Part shown: positions 36,084 through 41,894 of the stretch, piece by piece
Position numbering within the stretch: the stretch's first letter is position 1
Layout: each line of letters opens with the position of its first letter
Assembly: GCA_031459875.1 (NCBI GenBank)
Contig: JAVKHQ010000023.1
Coordinates: 1 to 41,894 of the forward strand
DNA: 41,894 nucleotides
Direction of reading: 5' to 3'
Origin: Candidatus Fervidifonticultor sextus
Lineage (GTDB): Bacteria > Sysuimicrobiota > Sysuimicrobiia > Sysuimicrobiales > Humicultoraceae
Made by a program: the position numbers and the translations under genes
Notes under the pieces: generated by a model
Seen by the model: only the letters and a program-made list of their open reading frames with translations
The model's database searches: none
Told to the model about the DNA's origin: nothing

Positions 36084-37673
36084 CTACCGGCGGGTAGTCC
36101 GCCCCCGGCGGGCCGTGCGGAAAGCGCCGAACCGGGCCAGGTCGGTGGGGCGCACCCACGCTCCGCCGCAGACCCCGCACTCCCAGATGGAGATGTCGGC
36201 AGGCATCCCCAGCGGCGGCATCCGGCGGAGCGGCACGCGGCAGCGGGGGCATTCGACGGAACCGAAGACGGGGGAGCCACGGGCAGGAACCGCCCCCGTC
36301 GAACGGGCCGCGACCTCGATGAGTTCCCGCGCACCGGCCAGGTAGAGTTCCAGGTCATCGAACCAGGTGCCGCCGCAGGCGGCGCACCGGTCCACGTGGA
36401 TCGGCGCGCCGTAGTGAGAGGCCACCACGTGCCGGGCCAGCGGGCGGCCGCAGTCCGGGCACGCCGCCGCGCGCGGTCGGGCCGCCGGCGCGGCTCGCAG
36501 CGGGGGAGCCAGCCGCTCGAGCAGCGCCAGCCGGGCGGCGATCGGGGCCTGCGCGGATGGGAACCCCTCGGGCAGCGTGCCCTCGGCAGTGAAATACCGG
36601 AAGTGATACCCGACCGGCATTGCCGGTCCCACGACCCCCGTATCGCGCAGGCGACGCAGCACCGCATGCAGCGCCTCAGGGTGCCTCGTGAACTCCACGG
36701 CCCGGAGGTCGGCCAGCAGATCCTCACCCTCCCCCACGGCGAAGTACAGCGTCTGGGCCAGCAGGTTTGCGGCCGCCATCGGCGGGTTCACCATCAGGAG
36801 CAGCCCGTCGACCAGCCGAGCGGGGACCCGGGCCCAGTCTGCCTGTTCGGAGGCCGCGAACACCCGCAGGCTGACGACCGCCGGCAGCAACGTGAGCGCC
36901 ACGAGGACCGGCGCCAGCGGCTGCGCCCAGAGGACCAGGGCGGGCCACAGGCACGCCGTCCCCAGCAGCCGGACGGCGTCCAGGAGCGCTTCGACCGTCT
37001 GACTCTCGACGACGCCGCCGCTGGCGATGTGGCCGACCTCGTGGGCGGCCACCGCCTCCAGTTCTTCGAAAGGGGCCAGCGTGACCATTGCGCTCGTAAA
37101 GACCACCACCGGCGAGGATCGCCGGATCATCACGAATGCGGTCGGCCTCGGGTGGGCCACGACCAGGAAGGCGGGCGCGGCGATCCCTGCGGCAAGCGCC
37201 ACACCCTCGACGGCGCGCCGCGCGCGTCCGATCAGGTCTGGATCGTCCACTGCCCGGAACCCGGGGGTCCCCAGGCCGCTGGCCCGGAGTTGCGACAGGG
37301 CGGCGACCACACCCACCAGGGCCAGCACCGCCAGCACCAGCCCCGCATCAGGGACCTGCGAGAAGAATCGTTCCCTCACAAGCGCGAGCAGGGCGGCGGC
37401 CAGGCCACCCAGGACGACAACCAGGCCGCCCAACGCCCACCGGACGGCCGTGCGCCGGCGGTGGACCGTCTCGGCCAGCGCCCACAGGACCTCGGGCTGA
37501 CCGCCCCCTCGCAGCCGGCCAGCCGCCCACCGGCCGATCTCGACCGGGAAGAAGGCCAGCGGCGCACAGGAGGCGAGCAGGGCGAGGAGGAGCAGGAATC
37601 CCCGGGCCGAGAGCAGGCCGTCCACGTTCCACGCGGGGCCGGGACCGCGCCCGTCCTTCAACCTGAGGCGCAC
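36084..37673 (-). CDS. M48 (HtpX-like) membrane metalloprotease fused to two C-terminal zf-TFIIB-type zinc ribbons
   Basis: ELEAVAAHEVGH, EDLLAD; CPDC...VDRCAACGGTWFD and CPRC...IWECGVCGGAW. Confidence 0.78.
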   Translation of the reverse strand: MRLRLKDGRGPGPAWNVDGLLSARGFLLLLALLASCAPLAFFPVEIGRWAAGRLRGGGQPEVLWALAETVHRRRTAVRWALGGLVVVLGGLAAALLALVRERFFSQVPDAGLVLAVLALVGVVAALSQLRASGLGTPGFRAVDDPDLIGRARRAVEGVALAAGIAAPAFLVVAHPRPTAFVMIRRSSPVVVFTSAMVTLAPFEELEAVAAHEVGHIASGGVVESQTVEALLDAVRLLGTACLWPALVLWAQPLAPVLVALTLLPAVVSLRVFAASEQADWARVPARLVDGLLLMVNPPMAAANLLAQTLYFAVGEGEDLLADLRAVEFTRHPEALHAVLRRLRDTGVVGPAMPVGYHFRYFTAEGTLPEGFPSAQAPIAARLALLERLAPPLRAAPAARPRAAACPDCGRPLARHVVASHYGAPIHVDRCAACGGTWFDDLELYLAGARELIEVAARSTGAVPARGSPVFGSVECPRCRVPLRRMPPLGMPADISIWECGVCGGAWVRPTDLARFGAFRTARRGRTTRR

Positions 37674-37770
37674 ATAGATCGGCTCACGGTGTCATTGGGC
37701 CCGCCGAAGACCCGGGCGCCGGCCCCCCGCGCGTGCCGGAACGCGCACTCCTCGACCGCCCGGCACTAGC

Positions 37771-38918
37771 GTGTCCAGTTTCGGAAGGGTGTGCACACAT
37801 CAGGCATGAGCGAGGTGGTCACGGTCTTCCCTCCCGGCGACGCCCCAGAACATCTCGGCGGGTGGCCGACCGTGGGTGCGGTAGCCCAGGTGCGGCCGGC
37901 GGTAGTTGTAGAACTCGAGGTACCGATCCAGGGCCGCCTGCAGGAACCGCACGTGGGTGAAGAACCGACGGCGGAACTCCACCCGCCAGAGCTCGCTGAG
38001 AACAGTGCCCTGCAGGCGCTCCACGAACCCGTTGGTCCAGGCGTGCCGCGGTCGGGTGCGGGTGTGGCGGATTCCCCAGGCGGCGCACGCCTGATCGAAC
38101 GCTCCGCGGTACTCGCTGCCCTGGTCGGTCAGCACCCGGCGGATCGGCCAGCCTGCCGCCCGGTAGGCCGGCACCACCCGGGTGGTGAGGAAGCGGGCCG
38201 CCGCCTCGGCCGAAAACTCTGTGCCGACTTCGGCAATGGCGTACGAACAGGCCGCGTCGCAGGCGGTGTACTGCCAGACCTTGCCCACGCCCTTGAGTTT
38301 GCCGATGTAGAACGTGTCCAGGCAGACCAGCTCGCCCGGCTGCTCGGCGGCCAGGTGGGGTGGCCGCCGGCGCTGGACCCGCGCCAGGGCTCGGCGCGTC
38401 CGCTCGGTCAACAGCCCCGCGCTCTGGGCGCTGTGGACTTCCAACACCGCCAGCCGGTCTGCAGGCCCATCCGGCGCAGGAACCGATAGATCGTGACTGG
38501 GGCCAAGCGCCGGCTGCCGTGCTCGGGCCGGGCCAGCTGCGCGGCCAACCGGGCCGGCCCCCAGGTCGGCCACGCCAGGGCCAGGGCCAGGATCGCCCGT
38601 TCGGTTTCGGCCCCCAGGCCCGAGGGCCGACCGCGTCCAGGTCCGCGCCGCCGGGGGTAGACCCCGTCGGGTCCATAGGCCAGGTAGCGCCGTCGCCAGC
38701 GATAGAAGAGCGTCCGGGAGATCCCAAACTCCCGGCAGGCCTGGCTGACGTTCCCCAAGGCCTGCGCCCGGGCTATCACCCGCAGGCGGAAGGCGTGTAC
38801 ACTGGCTTCGAGGGTCATAGGCGGTCCTCCCCGTCTCCCCATGCAGGGGTGGTGTCCAACGGGAAGGATACGTCATATGACCCTCCTTTGGTGTCAACAC
38901 TAAACCGAAACAGTTCAC
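37771..38918 (-). mobile_element. IS481-family insertion sequence
   Basis: Imperfect 28-bp terminal IRs (GTGTCCAGTTTCGGAAGGGTGTGCACAC vs GTGAACTGTTTCGGTTTAGTGTTGACAC, 19/28). Flanking direct repeat ACTAGC at 37765-37770 and 38919-38924. Confidence 0.88.
37800..38818 (-). pseudogene. IS481-family transposase, frameshifted near 38455
   Basis: The HTH N-terminus (NVSQACREFGISRTLFYRW) is in one frame. The rve DDE core (PGELVCLDTF, VLTDQGSEY, TNGFVERL, YNYRRPH) is in another frame. Confidence 0.85.
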
Positions 38919-38950
38919 ACTAGCGGCGGGTGACGGCGGTCCGGTCTCTC

Positions 38951-39436
38951 TCAAGGAGCTCGATCCGCATGGATCGGGGTGCGCATAGCGACCTCCTGCC
39001 ATTCCTCAAGGCGGGGCCGGAGGATCAGCAGGCCGATCAGGCTCAGCGCGCACAGCCAGGCGAAGGCCGCGAGGTGACCGGTCAAGAGGTAGAGCACGAC
39101 GGCCAGCGGTAACGGCGTCACAGCCAGGAGCACCGCGAGAAGCAATGGTCCCACGAGACGGCCGACGGCTTCTTCCACAGAGGAGGCCGGCGTTCGGGGC
39201 GCCTGGGCCATGGCCCGGGATTTGAACCACCGGCCCAGGGCCAGATCCGACAGACTGATGAGGTAGAAGAGCGCGATGAACAGCGTGCCTGATTCCAGCC
39301 GCCCTCCCAGGGGTCGCACCAGCCGAGGTAAGATCCACAGGACTGTCGCGGCACTCACCACCTCCGCGACCCAGATCCGCTGGATCGTGGCCAGGCCCTG
39401 TTCGATGGCCGCGGCGGAAGAGAACCGCGCTCGCAT
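38951..39436 (-). CDS. Hypothetical membrane protein
   Basis: 161 aa with about four hydrophobic segments; co-oriented with the aminotransferase. Confidence 0.6.
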   Translation of the reverse strand: MRARFSSAAAIEQGLATIQRIWVAEVVSAATVLWILPRLVRPLGGRLESGTLFIALFYLISLSDLALGRWFKSRAMAQAPRTPASSVEEAVGRLVGPLLLAVLLAVTPLPLAVVLYLLTGHLAAFAWLCALSLIGLLILRPRLEEWQEVAMRTPIHADRAP

Positions 39437-39469
39437 GGCGCGCCTCGCTGACGCGCGGCCTGCCCTAGG

Positions 39470-40660
39470 CTAGGCCCGCACGGCGGGCCGGTACTTCGGC
39501 AGCGCCTCGCGGATGCGTCGCATTCCCTCGCGGATGTTCTCCTGGCTGTTGGCGTAGGAGAACCGCAGGTAGCCCTGTCCATACTCCCCGAAGGCGGTCC
39601 CGGACAGACAGGCCACGCCGGCCTCCTCCAGCAGGAACGCCGCCAGCCGCCTGGCGTCGCCATCGATGGCCGACACGTTCGGGAAGACGTAGAAGGCCCC
39701 GCGGGGGACCAGGCACCGGACGCCGTCGATCCGGTTGAGTTCCGAGGTGATGAGGTCCCGCCGGGCGCGGAACTCGGCGACCATTCGGTCCACGGCATCC
39801 TGGGGCCCCGCCAGCGCTGCGATGGCGGCCATCTGCGAGAACGCCGCCGCGCAGGAACTGGTGTTGATCATCAACTGGGCCATCCGCTCCACCAGATCGG
39901 CCCGCGCCACCCCGAACCCGATCCGCCACCCCGTCATGGCATAGGTCTTGGACAACCCGTCCAGGATGATGGTGCGGTCCTGCATCCCGGGCAGGCTGGC
40001 GATGCTGAACTGCATGCCGCCTTCGTAGACGATGCGGCCGTAGATCTCGTCGGCGAGGACGTAGGCGCGCGTCGGGAGCACCGCCTCGGCGATGGCCTCC
40101 AGGTCGGCGCGGTCCAGCATCGACCCGCACGGGTTGTGGGGCGAGTTGAGCACCACCAGGCGCGTGCGCGGCGACAGCATCGAGCGGAACTCGTCCAGGT
40201 CGAACCGGAACTCCTGCTCCTCCCGCAGCCGGATCGGACGCAGGGTCGCACCGACAAAGCGGGCCAGCGACTCGTAGATGGGATAGCCGGGGTCAGGGTA
40301 GATGACCTCATCGCCGGGATTCACCAGGGCCAACAGGGTAAACAGCAGGACGTTCTTGGATCCCGGCACGATCACAATGTTCGAGGGCTCGACCTTGATG
40401 CCGCGCGTCCGACTCATGTACTCGGCCACCGCCCGCCGGGCCTCCATCAGGCCGGCCGCGGGCGTGTAGTGAGTGTACCCCTCCCGCATCGCCCGGATCG
40501 CCGCCTCCACGATGTGGGGCGGGGTGTCGAAGTCGGGCTCCCCGATCTCGAGGTGGATGATGTGGCGTCCCTGCGCTTCCAGCTGCCTGGCCCGCGCCAG
40601 CACCTCGAACGCCGTCTCCGTGCCCAGCGTGCCCATCCGTGCTGCCAGCTCCAGTTCCAC
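39470..40660 (-). CDS. PLP-dependent aminotransferase class I/II (aspartate aminotransferase-like)
   Basis: LEIGEPDFDTP, NSPHNPCG, DEIY, SKTYAMTGWRIG, GAFYVFP, LRFSYA. GTG 40660 follows GGAGGAG. Confidence 0.92.
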   Translation of the reverse strand: MELELAARMGTLGTETAFEVLARARQLEAQGRHIIHLEIGEPDFDTPPHIVEAAIRAMREGYTHYTPAAGLMEARRAVAEYMSRTRGIKVEPSNIVIVPGSKNVLLFTLLALVNPGDEVIYPDPGYPIYESLARFVGATLRPIRLREEQEFRFDLDEFRSMLSPRTRLVVLNSPHNPCGSMLDRADLEAIAEAVLPTRAYVLADEIYGRIVYEGGMQFSIASLPGMQDRTIILDGLSKTYAMTGWRIGFGVARADLVERMAQLMINTSSCAAAFSQMAAIAALAGPQDAVDRMVAEFRARRDLITSELNRIDGVRCLVPRGAFYVFPNVSAIDGDARRLAAFLLEEAGVACLSGTAFGEYGQGYLRFSYANSQENIREGMRRIREALPKYRPAVRA

Positions 40661-40797
40661 AGCCCGCTCCTCCCTCACTGCGTTCTCCATCGGCCTGCGA
40701 TGGCGTCCTCGGTCACGTCCATTCCGGGGAGGGCTTCTGCAGGCCGTCCTTCCCTCCCTGCGGGCCGTGGACGCCGTCCCCTCCGGCTGGAACCGGA

Positions 40798-40827
40798 TTG
40801 GCCGCCCTGGAGCCCCTCTGCTAGAAT
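40798..40827 (+). promoter_or_regulatory. Sigma70 promoter
   Basis: TTGGCC-N18-TAGAAT with an extended TGn, upstream of ATG 40873. Confidence 0.55.
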
Positions 40828-40872
40828 GGGCAGCGTCCGCGGATAACTGTCCGCGTGAGGTGACCCTCAACG

Positions 40873-41820
40873 ATGACACCGACGGCGACCGTGCACTATG
40901 GATTGGGCCCCATCGGCCTGGGCATCGCCGGCGTCGCCCTGGACCGTGGATACCGTCCTGCCGGGGCCGTCGACATCGACCCCCAGAAAGCCGGCCGCGA
41001 TCTGGGCACGCTGCTCGGGCGGTCGCCGCTGGGCGTGACCGTGACCGCAGAGGCCCGGGCGGCGCTGGCCTCTGGTGCTCGGGTGGTGCTGCACTCGACC
41101 CAGTCCCGTCTGGCACAGGTGCTTCCCCAGATCATGGAGTGCGTCGAGGCCGGCGCGTGCGTGATCTCCACCTGCGAGGAACTCGCCTTCCCCTGGCGCC
41201 AGCACCCTGGCGACGCCCGGCGCATTGACGACGCCGCCAAGGCCAGGGGGGTCGCGGTCGTCGGCGTGGGCGTCAACCCGGGCTTTGTGATGGACCTGCT
41301 GCCCATCGCGCTGATGGCCCCCTGCCGGACCGTGCGGGCGGTCCACGTCACACGCGTCGTCGACGCCGGACTCCGCCGCCTCCCGCTCCAGCGGAAGGTC
41401 GGCGCCGGGCTCGATCCGGAGGCGTTCGAGGCGGGCGTCGCCGCCGGTCGCATCGGCCACATCGGCCTCCCGGAGTCCGTGGCGATGATCGCGGATGCGC
41501 TGGGCTGGCCGCTGGAGGCGATCACCGAGACCATCGAGCCGGTCCGGGACGGTGCCGCCGTCCGCGGCCTGCACCAGGTGGCCGTGGGGGTGCGGGACGG
41601 CCGGCCGGTGATCACGCTGGACCTGACCATGGCGCTGGGCGCTCCGAATCCGCGCGACGCCGTCGTCATCGAGGGTGACCCGCCGATCTCGATGGCCATC
41701 GCCGGCGGGGTCCACGGCGACGTCGCCACCTGCGCGATCGCGGTGAACGCCATCCCGCAGGTGCTGGCCGCGCCTCCGGGCTTGGTGACCGTGCACCGGC
41801 TCCCGCCCATCCACCCCTAG
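40873..41820 (+). CDS. NAD(P)-dependent amine dehydrogenase family protein (DapB-like N-terminus; 2,4-diaminopentanoate dehydrogenase/Ord-like)
   Basis: YGLGPIG, ISTCEELAFP, GVNPGFVMD, GHIGLPES, GGVHGDVAT, NAIP..LAAPPGL. Confidence 0.8.
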   Translation: MTPTATVHYGLGPIGLGIAGVALDRGYRPAGAVDIDPQKAGRDLGTLLGRSPLGVTVTAEARAALASGARVVLHSTQSRLAQVLPQIMECVEAGACVISTCEELAFPWRQHPGDARRIDDAAKARGVAVVGVGVNPGFVMDLLPIALMAPCRTVRAVHVTRVVDAGLRRLPLQRKVGAGLDPEAFEAGVAAGRIGHIGLPESVAMIADALGWPLEAITETIEPVRDGAAVRGLHQVAVGVRDGRPVITLDLTMALGAPNPRDAVVIEGDPPISMAIAGGVHGDVATCAIAVNAIPQVLAAPPGLVTVHRLPPIHP

Positions 41821-41894
41821 CAGGATGCTGAAGAACGCATGTTGATGCACGAGCTTGCTGCCATCCCAGCCTCCTCGGTTATCTCCGCGGTGGG
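41821..41894. mobile_element. Possible terminus of a second IS (IS5/IS1182-like), truncated by the window edge
   Basis: CAGGATGCTGAAGAAC begins right after a CTAG containing the previous gene's stop and resembles CAGGNTGYTGAAAAA-type IS ends. No transposase is visible in the window. Confidence 0.35.

Noticed and set aside
37674..37695. Possible 1-nt frameshift giving the M48 gene an MTPEPIYV start
   Set aside because: Removing one T would join ATG ACA CCG to the ORF, but there is no SD or homology support visible; too speculative.
38440..38470. Programmed -1 frameshift as in IS3 elements
   Set aside because: No A-rich slippery site, and IS481 transposases are single ORFs.
1..41894. CRISPR array, tRNA/rRNA, prophage or anti-phage defence system; many long Pro/Arg/Gly-rich alternative ORFs
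   Set aside because: I saw no regularly spaced repeats, cloverleaf or rRNA signatures, phage genes, or cyclase/effector pairs. Long antisense and off-frame ORFs (e.g. 18781-20931, 25342-27243, 36012-37769) are expected at this GC content and lack recognisable motifs.

Overview
High-GC (roughly 70% by eye) bacterial chromosomal window with about 45 supportable CDSs. I found no rRNA, tRNA or CRISPR array. Core-like genes occupy both flanks: TRAM RNA methyltransferase start, nitroreductase, thioredoxin-fold pair, Zn-ADH, B3/4 protein, threonine aldolase, DMT transporter and class I/II aminotransferase. Between them is an ~19-kb catabolic cluster (6545-25496) headed by an IclR regulator. It encodes an M20 amidohydrolase, an SdhA/NadB-family flavoprotein with altered active-site motifs plus a stand-alone 2Fe-2S partner, a cysteine-synthase-family PLP enzyme, an MmgE/PrpD protein, a split ComD/ComE-like ThDP decarboxylase, a three-subunit xanthine-oxidase-family Mo enzyme with CoxG, and two Dpp/Opp-type ABC modules without ATPases. 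I do not recognise this combination as a described pathway. Other notable elements: (1) a clear PyrR-binding RNA hairpin whose stem contains the SD of a 39-codon leader ORF that runs through an intrinsic terminator and stops in the SD of a cytosine-deaminase-like gene; (2) a perfect palindromic candidate IclR operator; (3) an IS481-family element with a frameshifted transposase and a 6-bp ACTAGC duplication; (4) a possible second IS end at the right edge. All product calls come from motif recognition by eye; no database searches were run.
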